Positions 1-8,554 are shown, counted from the first letter of the stretch. The stretch is 64,000 nucleotides of DNA from Sporomusaceae bacterium (GCA_029265905.1 JAJUGR010000008.1:12194-76193), one strand, 5' to 3'. The notes: generated by a model not told the origin, from the letters alone. Numbers and translations: made by a program.

Positions 1-1
1 A

Positions 2-133
2 GTATATCCGTCTAAGTACGATATCCGCGTACTTGCAGCAGCCTTGAGGACCTTATACTCAGGGCGGCCTATACCTGCGGAAGCAATTATTCGCTGGCTG
101 CTGAAGGACACAACGCTTGAGAACTTGATTTGA
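2..133 (+). CDS. 3' end of an unidentified CDS entering from upstream of the window (partial)
   Basis: Frame 2 is open from the window edge to TGA at 131-133 (...AEAIIRWLLKDTTLENLI*). 43 aa is too little to assign a family. Confidence 0.3.
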   Translation, partial: VYPSKYDIRVLAAALRTLYSGRPIPAEAIIRWLLKDTTLENLI

Positions 134-290
134 AGGCCATAGGTCTTTTCATCGCCCATTATTTAAATCAGCAAGCAAAAATCGGCGGCAAGACAGGAAT
201 TTGGCAGATTCGCAAGAACAGTTCCAATAGCAGCAGTTTTTTGACAAGAGAGCAAGTCGATTGAAAAGGCTCCGTTGAAGGAGGGCTACT

Positions 291-1367
291 ATGGCAAAGG
301 TTTATCGGGTATTGGCGATTAATCCCGGGTCGACTTCGACAAAAATTGGCGTCTATGAAAACGAGCGGTTGCTGTTCGAGCAGGTGGACCGGTATACGAG
401 CGAAGAGCTGTCTGCCTATAAGGGCGTCATTGATCAATATGAGTTTAGGAAAAGTGGGATTGTCGAGCTGCTGGACAAGCAGGGACTAGACATAAAAAGC
501 CTTGACGCGGTTGTCGGACGGGGCGGCTTGCTAAAACCGCTGCCCAGCGGCACTTTTTCCGTGAACGAACTGATGCTGGCGGATTTGAAGGGCGAAACGC
601 GGGGCAGCCATGCCTCGAACCTGGGCGGCTTATTGGCCAGCGAGCTGGCCGGAGAAGCCGGGATTCCCGCCTTTATCGTGGATCCGGTGGTGGTGGATGA
701 ATTGGAACCGGTGGCCCGGATTACCGGCCGGCCGGAAATCCTGCGCCGCTGCATTTTCCACGCCTTGAATCATAAGGCGGCCGCCAAGCGGTTGGCGAAA
801 GAACTGAACCGCTCATATGAAGAAATGAATTTGGTGGTGGCGCATTTGGGCGGCGGCATTTCGATCGGCTGCCACAAGCAAGGGCGCATCGTCGAAGTGA
901 ACAATTGCCTCGACGGCGACGGACCCTTTGCGCCGGAGCGCGCCGGGACTGTGCAGGCTAAGCAGTTTGCCGAACTTATCTTCAAAGAGGGCTGGAGTTT
1001 AGGACGGGTGTCCGCGGCCTTAGCCGGACAGGCCGGGCTCGTGGCTCATTTGGGAACGAACGACGCCCGGAAAGTGGAGGAGATGATCGCGGCGGGCGAC
1101 GAGAAAGCCAAGCTTGTCTACGACGCCATGATTTATCAGGTGTCGCGTTATATTGCGGCTGCGGCGGTTGCCGTGCAGGGGAAGGTGGACTACATCATCC
1201 TTACCGGCGGCATCGCTTATTCCAAGTATTTGACGGATAAGATCAAGGCCGACGTGCAGTTTATTGCGCCGGTGGTTGTCATGCCGGGCGAAGACGAGCT
1301 GCGGGCGCTGGCGGAAGGGGCGATCCGCGTCCTGTCCGGGCAGGAGCAAGCCAAGGTGTATGAGTAA
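291..1367 (+). CDS. buk: butyrate kinase
   Basis: 358-aa ORF. The N-terminus YRVLAINPGSTSTKIGVYE is the ASKHA phosphate-binding motif of acetate/butyrate kinases, and length and overall sequence fit clostridial Buk. AAGGAGGG RBS lies just upstream. Confidence 0.93.
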   Translation: MAKVYRVLAINPGSTSTKIGVYENERLLFEQVDRYTSEELSAYKGVIDQYEFRKSGIVELLDKQGLDIKSLDAVVGRGGLLKPLPSGTFSVNELMLADLKGETRGSHASNLGGLLASELAGEAGIPAFIVDPVVVDELEPVARITGRPEILRRCIFHALNHKAAAKRLAKELNRSYEEMNLVVAHLGGGISIGCHKQGRIVEVNNCLDGDGPFAPERAGTVQAKQFAELIFKEGWSLGRVSAALAGQAGLVAHLGTNDARKVEEMIAAGDEKAKLVYDAMIYQVSRYIAAAAVAVQGKVDYIILTGGIAYSKYLTDKIKADVQFIAPVVVMPGEDELRALAEGAIRVLSGQEQAKVYE

Positions 1368-1381
1368 AGAGAGGCAAACCG

Positions 1382-1421
1382 AAAACGGTCCGTACCACCG
1401 GCGGGTGATACGGACCGTTTT
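1382..1421. terminator. bidirectional rho-independent terminator between buk and the convergent TerC gene
   Basis: Stem AAAACGGTCCGTA (1382-1394) pairs with TACGGACCGTTTT (1409-1421). A/T runs on both sides. Confidence 0.7.
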
Positions 1422-1475
1422 TGCATATTTGCAAATTTCATTCGGAAAGGCTAGCGAGCCATTGCCAATTTCGGA

Positions 1476-2201
1476 CTACAGGTTTTCATCGGCAGGCTGC
1501 AGCGATTCCTCTTCGAGCTCTTCTGAGAGCGCATCTTTTGCGCGCATGTTTTGCCAATAGCCGAGCGAGAGAACGCTCAGGGTCAGCAGGGCGACAAACA
1601 GTGAGTGGTGCACTGCAATCCAGGTTCCGGCCAAAAACGCTTCGCTTACGATCAGTTCGCCGGCGGCATAAAGCAAGATGCCTGAGCCGGCGTAAACAAA
1701 AATCGGAAAACGCTCCAGCAGGCGCGACACCAAGGTGGCGCCGAACATGACGACCGGCAAGCTGAGCACCAGGCCGCCAATCAAAAACAGGTACTCATTG
1801 CTTGAGTTGCGCGCGACAGCGGCCAAGGCCAGGACATTGTCCACGCTCATAACCGTATCGGCAATTAGAATTGTCTTAACGGCTTCCATCATGCAGGAAG
1901 CCTGCTTGCAGTCGCTTGCATCATCGGAGCTAACCATCAGTTTGTAGGAGATCCAAACCAGCACAAGGCCGCCCAATAATTGCAGGTAAGGCATTTCCAG
2001 CAGCGTCACCGCTATGGCTGTGAAAGCAACCCGCATCACGACAGCCGCGACGCTGCCCCAAAGCATAACCTTCTTTTTCATGTGGGCCGGAAGCCTTTGG
2101 CTCGCTAAGGCAATAATTACTGCATTGTCTCCGCTCATCACCAGGTTAACGCCAATGATCCCGCATAGAACGGCAAGATCGTTCCAGTCAAACATTCTCA
2201 T
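1476..2201 (-). CDS. TerC-family integral membrane protein
   Basis: Multi-pass hydrophobic protein carrying two GDNAV / VDNVLA-type repeats (SGDNAVIIALA, MSVDNVLALAAV) typical of the TerC/Alx family. Start moved to ATG at 2201 (MRMFDWND...), preceded by AGGAGG. Confidence 0.85.
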   Translation of the reverse strand: MRMFDWNDLAVLCGIIGVNLVMSGDNAVIIALASQRLPAHMKKKVMLWGSVAAVVMRVAFTAIAVTLLEMPYLQLLGGLVLVWISYKLMVSSDDASDCKQASCMMEAVKTILIADTVMSVDNVLALAAVARNSSNEYLFLIGGLVLSLPVVMFGATLVSRLLERFPIFVYAGSGILLYAAGELIVSEAFLAGTWIAVHHSLFVALLTLSVLSLGYWQNMRAKDALSEELEEESLQPADENL

Positions 2202-2400
2202 ACCTCCTGTTTTTTCTGCAGTTGATAGGCTCATTATGTTCACCAGCGCCGCGCGCCGCCGCATGCCCGATGTTGATATCGGCAGCTATTAGCTGCTGGT
2301 CATAACGAACAATGCACTTGTCTATTATGCCACATAATAAAATTAAAATACAACTTAAATAATTAAAAATATTTTCGCGTGATAGCTGCGCTCCGTCAAA

Positions 2401-2460
2401 ACAGAGCAGAAAGGCCCCTGCAATAGCGCGTCTGCTATTGCAGGGGCCTTTCTGCTCTGT
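2401..2460 (-). terminator. terminator hairpin with a 27-bp perfect stem, 2 nt downstream of the LysR-family gene stop
   Basis: 2401-2427 is the exact reverse complement of 2434-2460, with a 6-nt loop GCGTCT. On the minus strand it is followed by TTTG. Confidence 0.7.
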
Positions 2461-2462
2461 TA

Positions 2463-3350
2463 TTACTCGGCGGGCGCATTGCTGTCTTTTTGAAACAGGT
2501 CGATAAAATGGGCGGCGGCGGTGGAGAGGGAATGCCTTTTCAGCCAGATGATGGCGCTGGTGATCTCAAGTGACGGGTTGGCGATTTTCCGCACCACCAG
2601 GGGTGAGCCCTGCAGCATATGAAGCGAGGTTTTCGGCAGCACTGCGATGCCCAGACCCATTCGCATCCAAATCAGCAACGCGGTAACGTCATCGCTCTGA
2701 CACAGAATTGTCGGCTCAAAGCCGGCTTTTTTGCAATAGTCGGTAAACTGGGGCACATATCGCCGGTTGATCAAAATCGATTTGTTCTTTAGATCCGCGA
2801 GCTGTATTTCCTCACCGTCCGGAAAGTCGTTCATTTCCGGCGTCATTACCACCATCATGTTTTCCTTCGGCAAGATAATCGATTCGTACTGCGTGGTGTT
2901 TACCGGCAGCCGTACGATGCCGATTTCAATAATGCCGGCGTCCAACAGTTCTAGAATCCGGCTGGTTTCCCCTTGGCGCAGCGTGAAGGTGACGCGCGGA
3001 TATTGCTGGTGATACTGGCGGATGTATTCAGGGATGTACGAGCGCCCAAAAGACGTGATTGTGCCGATCGTCAGCTGGCCGCTGATGCCGCTGTCCGCCT
3101 CCCGCACTTCGTCAACGGTGGTGTTAATGAGTTCGATAATCTGCTCGGCGCGCTTGTGGAGGATATGGCCGGCCTCGGTCAAACGGATGCGCTTTTTGTC
3201 GCGCTGTATCAGCTGGACGCCCAGCTCTTTTTCCAGCAGGATTAACTGCTGGCTGAGCGGAGGCTGCGTCATGTTCAGCCGTTCAGCCGCCTTCGTGATC
3301 TGCCGCTCTTCCGCAACCGCCAAAAAGTATTTTAGTTGGCGCAGTTCCAT
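2463..3350 (-). CDS. LysR-family transcriptional regulator
   Basis: MELRQLKYFLAVAEERQITKAAERLNMTQPPLSQQL is the canonical LysR N-terminal HTH, followed by a ~200-aa substrate-binding domain. Start set to ATG 3350 (GGAAGTG RBS) rather than the ORF-track 3386. Confidence 0.9.
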   Translation of the reverse strand: MELRQLKYFLAVAEERQITKAAERLNMTQPPLSQQLILLEKELGVQLIQRDKKRIRLTEAGHILHKRAEQIIELINTTVDEVREADSGISGQLTIGTITSFGRSYIPEYIRQYHQQYPRVTFTLRQGETSRILELLDAGIIEIGIVRLPVNTTQYESIILPKENMMVVMTPEMNDFPDGEEIQLADLKNKSILINRRYVPQFTDYCKKAGFEPTILCQSDDVTALLIWMRMGLGIAVLPKTSLHMLQGSPLVVRKIANPSLEITSAIIWLKRHSLSTAAAHFIDLFQKDSNAPAE

Positions 3351-3434
3351 TTCATCACTTCCATTGCATTGAGTGTCATTCGCCAATCGACTGGAAATCA
3401 GTTTAAATGAATATTTTTAATATGTTCATCTAAT

Positions 3435-3443
3435 TGTTATAAT
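3435..3443 (+). promoter_or_regulatory. extended -10 promoter element (TGtTATAAT) upstream of the small ORF
   Basis: TGTTATAAT at 3435-3443 in an AT-rich intergenic region. The -35 is weak (TTTTAA at 3415-3420). Confidence 0.4.
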
Positions 3444-3492
3444 AATAAAAAAACAAGCCTGTGTCAAAGAATAACGAAAGAGGATGATAAAT

Positions 3493-3642
3493 ATGACTAA
3501 CGTATATGGCCACAAGGGCTATTCCATTCCGGTGGCGGTAGCGGGCAAAAAGAGCAGCGCGGCTTCCCTTGGTGAGCAAGTGTTCTTTTTCCGCGGCGTT
3601 ATTTTCTCTGCGACCGTTTTGCTTGCTTTTATTTGCCAATAA
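3493..3642 (+). CDS. unannotated small protein (49 aa) with a hydrophobic C-terminus
   Basis: ATG at 3493 lies 8 nt after AGAGGA. It translates to MTNVYGHKGYSIPVAVAGKKSSAASLGEQVFFFRGVIFSATVLLAFICQ*. It is flanked by its own promoter-like element and a terminator. It falls below the 60-aa ORF-track cutoff. Confidence 0.4.
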   Translation: MTNVYGHKGYSIPVAVAGKKSSAASLGEQVFFFRGVIFSATVLLAFICQ

Positions 3643-3659
3643 GCCTTGGCAGCGCAAAG

Positions 3660-3699
3660 CACCTTGTCCGAACTTATTTCGGGCAGGGTGTTTCTTTTT
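3660..3699 (+). terminator. rho-independent terminator after the small ORF
   Basis: CACCTTGTCCGAA (3660-3672) pairs with TTCGGGCAGGGTG (3678-3690), including two G-U pairs, followed by TTTCTTTTT. Confidence 0.6.
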
Positions 3700-3755
3700 A
3701 GGCGGGGGGTACGCCTCCGGCATGCCTGCGGGCAACGGCGCGCCGAGTTAAATGA

Positions 3756-3784
3756 TTGAAGATTCAGACCTGGAAATGTATAAT
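3756..3784 (+). promoter_or_regulatory. sigma-A-type promoter for the peroxiredoxin gene
   Basis: TTGAAG (3756-3761), 17-nt spacer ending in TG, then TATAAT (3779-3784). It lies 45 nt upstream of the ATG at 3830. Confidence 0.5.
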
Positions 3785-3829
3785 AGGATTGGGTGTTGCT
3801 TGAAAGAGAATTCAATATTGAAAGGGGAA

Positions 3830-4330
3830 ATGGCCGTGAAACCGATCGAGGTAGGAAGTGTCGCGCCTGATTTTTCTTTGAAGGACAACCGGGAGCAGAC
3901 TGTCACCCTGTCTTCCTTGCGGGGAAAGAAAGTGTTGTTGTCATGGCATCCTTTGGCCTGGACTAGTGTTTGTACCGACCAGATGCGCTCCCTGGAGGCG
4001 AATTTTGAGATTTTCCAGCAACTGAACACGGTGCCGCTGGGCATCAGTGTCGACCCGGTTCCGTCGAAAAAGGTTTGGTCGGCTGTCCTTTCCCTTCAAA
4101 ATGTCAGCCTGCCGTCTGATTTTTGGCCGCACGGGAAGGTCGCACAGGAATACGGCATTTTTATTGAAAAAATTGGCGCGTCAGAGCGGGCCAACATTAT
4201 TGTCGATGAAGAGGGGATTGTTCAGTGGATCAAGGTATATCCGATCAAGCAGTTGCCGGATATCAACGAAGTGCTGGATGTGCTGCGGCAGATGAGCGGC
4301 GATCAGCCGAGCGAAGAGACCCCGATTTGA
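3830..4330 (+). CDS. peroxiredoxin (AhpC/TSA-redoxin family)
   Basis: VGSVAPDFSLKD...GKKVLLSWHPLAWTSVCTDQM contains the peroxidatic Cys context of 1-Cys/AhpE- or Bcp-like peroxiredoxins. Start set to ATG 3830 after AAAGGGGA. Confidence 0.88.
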   Translation: MAVKPIEVGSVAPDFSLKDNREQTVTLSSLRGKKVLLSWHPLAWTSVCTDQMRSLEANFEIFQQLNTVPLGISVDPVPSKKVWSAVLSLQNVSLPSDFWPHGKVAQEYGIFIEKIGASERANIIVDEEGIVQWIKVYPIKQLPDINEVLDVLRQMSGDQPSEETPI

Positions 4331-4346
4331 TTCAGTAAACGCAATC

Positions 4347-4380
4347 AAGCCGGTCCGAGGCATCCCTCGGCCGGCTTTAG
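4347..4380 (+). terminator. putative terminator after the peroxiredoxin gene
   Basis: AAGCCGGTCCGAGG pairs with CCTCGGCCGGCTT (one bulge), followed by a short T-containing tail. Confidence 0.5.
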
Positions 4381-4462
4381 TCATATTTATTACGTACCGG
4401 CGTTACCTTTTGCTGCCTTCAGCGTTTGTAAAAATGAAAAGAAAAACATAAGGGAGTGTCGA

Positions 4463-4720
4463 ATGATGAAAAGACGTAATTTGATCGGGACAATTGCCGT
4501 TAGCGGGCTGCTGGTTTTATCCTCCGTGGCCATTGCCAATCCGACGGGGCATCCTGTCTTGCACGCGCTTCAACATCAAGTGGCGGAAGCGGCTGCGGCA
4601 GGTTCGTGGGTTTGTGCAAAATGCGGCTTCCACATTGTAACCAAAAGCGGCAATCCGCCGGCCGGCGGCAGCTGCTTTAAAAACAACAACGGTTCGCATA
4701 CTTGGGAGAGGGGCGATTAA
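4463..4720 (+). CDS. small secreted Cys/His-containing hypothetical protein
   Basis: AAGGGAG RBS. N-terminal signal peptide (MMKRRNLIGTIAVSGLLVLSSVAIA). The mature ~60 aa contain C-x2-C...C...H (WVCAKCGFH...GGSCFKNNNGSH). No family recognised. Confidence 0.6.
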   Translation: MMKRRNLIGTIAVSGLLVLSSVAIANPTGHPVLHALQHQVAEAAAAGSWVCAKCGFHIVTKSGNPPAGGSCFKNNNGSHTWERGD

Positions 4721-4783
4721 ATGGCGCTTGAAGTTATGTGGTTATGTGGGGCCTGACCCCCACAAGCGGAAAGCGGGGGAAGC

Positions 4784-5290
4784 ATGAAACAGCGTTATCG
4801 GTTTTGTCCTTACTGCGGGGGAAAATTGCGCTACGAAATGAAGCCGGATCGTCCGCGTCTGACTTGCCAAAGCTGCCAACGGGTTTTGTATGAAAACCCG
4901 ATTGTCGGTGTGGCGGCCATTGTCCAAAATGAACAAGGGGAAATCCTGCTGGGGAAACGCAGCCCTGAAAGCTCTTATGCCGGGCTTTGGTGCATACCCT
5001 GCGGCTATGTCGAGTATGATGAAGAAGTCAGGCTGGCGATTGGCCGGGAGTTTTTTGAAGAAACCGGATTGCAGATCGAGACCGGCCGCGTCTTTACAGT
5101 CCTCTCGAATTTTCACAACCCGTCTGTTCACACGGTGGGCATTTGGTTTGAGGCCAAAGTGATCGGCGGAGCGTTGCGGCCGGGCGATGATTTGAGCGAA
5201 GTCGCCTATTTCCCGCTGGACGCGATTCCGCCGCTGGCGTTCCCGACTGATAAAATCGTTGTGGAGATGCTCAAAAACCAGCGCGTTTAG
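4784..5290 (+). CDS. Nudix hydrolase with N-terminal zinc ribbon
   Basis: CPYCG...CQSC zinc ribbon followed by the Nudix box GYVEYDEEVRLAIGREFFEETGL (GX5EX7REUXEEXGU). Confidence 0.88.
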   Translation: MKQRYRFCPYCGGKLRYEMKPDRPRLTCQSCQRVLYENPIVGVAAIVQNEQGEILLGKRSPESSYAGLWCIPCGYVEYDEEVRLAIGREFFEETGLQIETGRVFTVLSNFHNPSVHTVGIWFEAKVIGGALRPGDDLSEVAYFPLDAIPPLAFPTDKIVVEMLKNQRV

Positions 5291-5456
5291 TGTGCGTCAG
5301 CGGCTGGCGCGCGTTTCCGATCCCGTCATGTTGTTTGCACAATATGCACAAAACTTGTAAGTTATAGCGCCAAATGATAACATGAAGGCGTGGGATTGTT
5401 TTCAATAATGCGAAAATTGTCGTTTTACAAGTTTGAAAAGGGGGGCTGGGAACAGC

Positions 5457-6668
5457 ATGAAGAAAATCGGCATGACCACACCTTTAGTAGAGCTCGACGG
5501 GGATGAAATGACAAGGATCATTTGGCAGCAGATAAAGGACCATTTGCTGGCGCCGTTTCTCGAACTGAAGACGGAATACTATGACCTTGGCTTGCAGCAT
5601 CGGGATGAAACAAACGACCAGGTTACGGTCGATGCGGCGGAAGCGATCAAAAAATATGGCGTAGGGGTCAAGTGCGCGACCATAACGGCTAACGCCGACC
5701 GCATGGTGGAATACAAGCTGAAGGAATTGTGGAAGAGTCCCAATGCCACGATCCGCGCCATTTTGGACGGCACTGTGTTTAGAGCGCCAATCATTGTCAA
5801 AGGGATTGAGCCGTATGTGCCGCGCTGGCGCAAGCCGATCACGGTTGCCCGGCATGCGTACGGCGATATCTACAAGAGCGCCGAGTTGCGCGTCGATGGC
5901 CCGGCGAAAGCGGAACTGGTCGTCACGTACAAGGACGGCAAGGTCGACAAAAAGACGGTTTATGATTTTGAGTGTCCCGGCATTGTCATGGGGATGCATA
6001 ACAAGGACAATTCGATTACGAGCTTCGCCCATGCCTGCTTTCAGTATGCCCTGAGTGTAAAACAGGATTTATGGTTTGCCACAAAAGACACCATTTCCAA
6101 AACGTATGACCAACGCTTCAAGGAAATTTTTGAAGAAATTTTCGCGCAAGAGTATGCGGCGAAGTTCCAGGAAGCCGGGATCGAATACATGTACACGCTG
6201 ATTGACGATGCGGTCGCGCGCGTGATCCGCTCGGACGGCGGCATGGTCTGGGCCTGCAAAAACTATGACGGCGATGTGATGAGCGACTTAGTCTCCACCG
6301 CTTTCGGCAGCCTGGCGATGATGACAAGCGTGCTGGTTTCGCCGGACGGCCACTATGAGTATGAAGCCGCCCACGGCACGGTGCAGCGGCACTACTACCA
6401 GCACCTGAAAGGGCAGGAGACCTCCACCAACTCGGTTGCCACTATTTTTGCCTGGTCGGGCGCCCTGCGCAAACGCGGCGAACTGGATGGCAACCAGGAC
6501 TTGATCGCCTTTGCCGACAACCTTGAGAAAGCGTCTTTGGCAACGATTGAAGAGGGCGAGATGACAAAAGACCTGTATGCGCTCTCTACTGTTTCGCCGA
6601 AGAAAACCTTGAATACGTTGGATTTTATTCTGGCGATCAAGACGCGGCTGGAAAAAATGTATCAATAA
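5457..6668 (+). CDS. icd: NADP-dependent isocitrate dehydrogenase (subfamily II, eukaryote-like homodimeric type)
   Basis: ~403 aa. The N-terminus [15 protein letters not shown] and the motifs NYDGDVMSD and HGTVQRHY are characteristic of type II IDH. Start set to ATG 5457 after AAAAGGGGGG. Confidence 0.93.
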   Translation: MKKIGMTTPLVELDGDEMTRIIWQQIKDHLLAPFLELKTEYYDLGLQHRDETNDQVTVDAAEAIKKYGVGVKCATITANADRMVEYKLKELWKSPNATIRAILDGTVFRAPIIVKGIEPYVPRWRKPITVARHAYGDIYKSAELRVDGPAKAELVVTYKDGKVDKKTVYDFECPGIVMGMHNKDNSITSFAHACFQYALSVKQDLWFATKDTISKTYDQRFKEIFEEIFAQEYAAKFQEAGIEYMYTLIDDAVARVIRSDGGMVWACKNYDGDVMSDLVSTAFGSLAMMTSVLVSPDGHYEYEAAHGTVQRHYYQHLKGQETSTNSVATIFAWSGALRKRGELDGNQDLIAFADNLEKASLATIEEGEMTKDLYALSTVSPKKTLNTLDFILAIKTRLEKMYQ

Positions 6669-6674
6669 CGGATT

Positions 6675-6716
6675 GCACCAGGAAACCGGCTGAGCCGCTT
6701 TTCTGGTGTTTTTCTT
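6675..6716 (+). terminator. terminator after icd
   Basis: GCACCAGGAAA pairs with TTTTCTGGTG (one mismatch), followed by TTTTTCTTTC. Confidence 0.55.
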
Positions 6717-6874
6717 TCTGCCGGTCGCCGCTGGTGCAAGGCTTTGGCATGTATACAAGATAAAAGGGATAAAATGTCGCCCTGGAAGCGAATGTGTGTT
6801 ACAATAACGAGTAAACCTGAACTTATTTTTTGGGTTTTAGTTATATTTGCAAAGTGAAAGTGGAGGGAAAAAGC

Positions 6875-7222
6875 GTGATTAAGCGTTCAGCTGATTTACA
6901 GCCGGTTACGCACCACAACCGATTCGGCGGCGAGGGCGAGGTTTCGCTCAAGGCGCTGTTGGTGGGGGATGAATTTGCTGGGAAAGGCCGCGTGTTTTCT
7001 CATATTGTCATTTTCCCCGAGTCGTCCATCGGCTTGCATCAGCATCAGGGCGATTTTGAGACCTTCTATATTTTAAAAGGGGAGGGGCAGGTCAATGACA
7101 ACGGGATCAAGACCGTCGTCAAGGCTGGTGATGTGATTTACACCCGGGACGGCGAGCACCACAGCCTGGCGAATACCGGCAGCGGCAATATGGAATTGAT
7201 TGCGCTCGTGCTCTACTCTTAA
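6875..7222 (+). CDS. cupin-domain protein
   Basis: The G-x5-H-x-H...G-x5-P-x-G...H pattern (IGLHQHQGDFETFYILKGEG...GDVIYTRDGEHHSLANTG) is a cupin metal site. GTG start at 6875 lies 6 nt after GGAGGG. Confidence 0.75.
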   Translation: MIKRSADLQPVTHHNRFGGEGEVSLKALLVGDEFAGKGRVFSHIVIFPESSIGLHQHQGDFETFYILKGEGQVNDNGIKTVVKAGDVIYTRDGEHHSLANTGSGNMELIALVLYS

Positions 7223-7254
7223 TTATTCGTGCTTACAGCAATTATTGGTCCAAA

Positions 7255-7303
7255 AAGCTTGGCAGAACGTGTTGCGACATGTTTGCCAAGCTTCTTTCTT
7301 TTG
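7255..7303 (+). terminator. terminator after the cupin gene
   Basis: Perfect 10-bp inverted repeat AAGCTTGGCA (7255-7264) / TGCCAAGCTT (7284-7293), followed by CTTTCTTTTG. Confidence 0.6.
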
Positions 7304-7388
7304 CAGGATCAGCGGCGATGTGGTATCGTATAGATGGACAAAACCACGAAATGTAGTAGCCTAATGTGACATCGAAGGAGAGTCGTGC

Positions 7389-8486
7389 GTGATGAAAATT
7401 CAAGAGATTCAAATCGGCAAGGTCAGCATTCCTTTGAAAAAGCCATTTAAAACTGCGTTGCGTCAGGTGAATTCGGCGGAAGACATTATTGTGAAGGTGA
7501 TAGCGGACAGCGGCGAAGTCGGGTTTGGCAACGCGCCCCCGACGGCCGTGATCACCGGCGACAGCCAGGAGGCGATTGTTGGCGCGATTCGCGGCACCAT
7601 TGGCCCGAAGCTGATCGGGATGGAAATCGACAACCTGGAAGGGATCATGAGCGCGATCGATACGTCGATGCTGCATAACAGTTCCGCCAAAGCGGCGCTG
7701 GACATTGCGGTTTACGACTTGTTCGGCAAGCTGCACGGCATTCCGGTGTATAAGCTGTTCGGCGGCTATTCACAGACGATAACGACGGATTTAACGATCA
7801 GTGTCAATTCGCCCGAGGAGATGGTACGCGATTCCCTCGAGGCGCTCGCCGAAGGCTACACGACCTTGAAAATCAAAGTCGGCACCGATGCCGAGCTGGA
7901 TATCCAGCGAGTGCGGGCGATCCGCGACGCGGTCGGCGATGACGTCGAGATTCGCCTTGACGCCAATCAAGGCTGGCTGCCCAAAGAGGCGGTGCGGACG
8001 ATCCGGAAGTTTGAAGACATGGGTCTGCGCATTGAATTGATCGAGCAGCCGGTCAAGGCGCACGACTTTGAAGGGCTCAAATTCGTTACGGACAACGTTG
8101 ACACGGACATTATGGCTGACGAAGCGGCGTTCGGCCCGTATGAAGTGTTCAAGCTGCTCTCGATGTCGGCGTGCGACTTGATCAACATAAAACTGATGAA
8201 AGCCGGCGGGCTGCACAATGCGCTCAAAATCGCCAGCCTGGCGGAAACAGTGGGCGTTCAGTGCATGATGGGCTGCATGCTGGAGAGCAAAATCGGCATC
8301 ACGGCCGCGGCCAGCCTTGCTGCCGGCAAAAAAATCGTGACCAAGACGGACCTGGATGCGGCGGTGTTGCTGGCGGAAGATCCAATTGTCGGCGGCGTTG
8401 CTTTCCACAAAAACCAGCTGCTTGTCCCGGACGCGCCTGGTTTTGGCATCACGGACGTGCTTGGCTGGCAGGAAATCCGCGCCTGA
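7389..8486 (+). CDS. dipeptide epimerase (L-Ala-D/L-Glu epimerase-like, enolase superfamily)
   Basis: 365 aa. The MR/MLE-type barrel shows LKIKVG, EIRLDANQGW, LIEQPV and DEAA motifs in the order expected for YkfB/YcjG-type epimerases. GAAGGAG RBS. Confidence 0.85.
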   Translation: MMKIQEIQIGKVSIPLKKPFKTALRQVNSAEDIIVKVIADSGEVGFGNAPPTAVITGDSQEAIVGAIRGTIGPKLIGMEIDNLEGIMSAIDTSMLHNSSAKAALDIAVYDLFGKLHGIPVYKLFGGYSQTITTDLTISVNSPEEMVRDSLEALAEGYTTLKIKVGTDAELDIQRVRAIRDAVGDDVEIRLDANQGWLPKEAVRTIRKFEDMGLRIELIEQPVKAHDFEGLKFVTDNVDTDIMADEAAFGPYEVFKLLSMSACDLINIKLMKAGGLHNALKIASLAETVGVQCMMGCMLESKIGITAAASLAAGKKIVTKTDLDAAVLLAEDPIVGGVAFHKNQLLVPDAPGFGITDVLGWQEIRA

Positions 8487-8516
8487 TCCGGCAGCGATTA
8501 TACAAGCTTTATCAAG

Positions 8517-8554
8517 CAGGTGCGAGCGTCTACATGACGGCGCACCTGTTTTTA
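8517..8554 (+). terminator. terminator after the dipeptide epimerase gene
   Basis: CAGGTGCG (8517-8524) pairs with CGCACCTG (8541-8548), followed by TTTTTA. Confidence 0.6.

Noticed and set aside
202-217. TGGCAG-attcg-CAAGA upstream of buk, considered as a -24/-12 promoter.
   Set aside because: There is no TTGC -12 element at the required distance; the GC dinucleotide is 3 nt too close.
2202-2398. Possible yybP-ykoY (manganese) riboswitch in the ~200-nt leader of the TerC-family gene, a common association.
   Set aside because: Reading the minus strand, I find none of the conserved cores (GGGGAGUAG, UUGACAUA, AGCAAGACC-type segments). There is only an AT-rich promoter-like stretch (TTGACG-17-GAAAAT). 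A covariance-model scan would be needed to be sure.
7260-7277. Sigma-54-like sequence TTGGCAG-aacgtg-TTGCG upstream of the dipeptide epimerase gene.
   Set aside because: The spacing between the GG and GC elements is one nucleotide too long (N6 instead of N5). The TGGCA also forms the left arm of the 10-bp terminator inverted repeat of the cupin gene.
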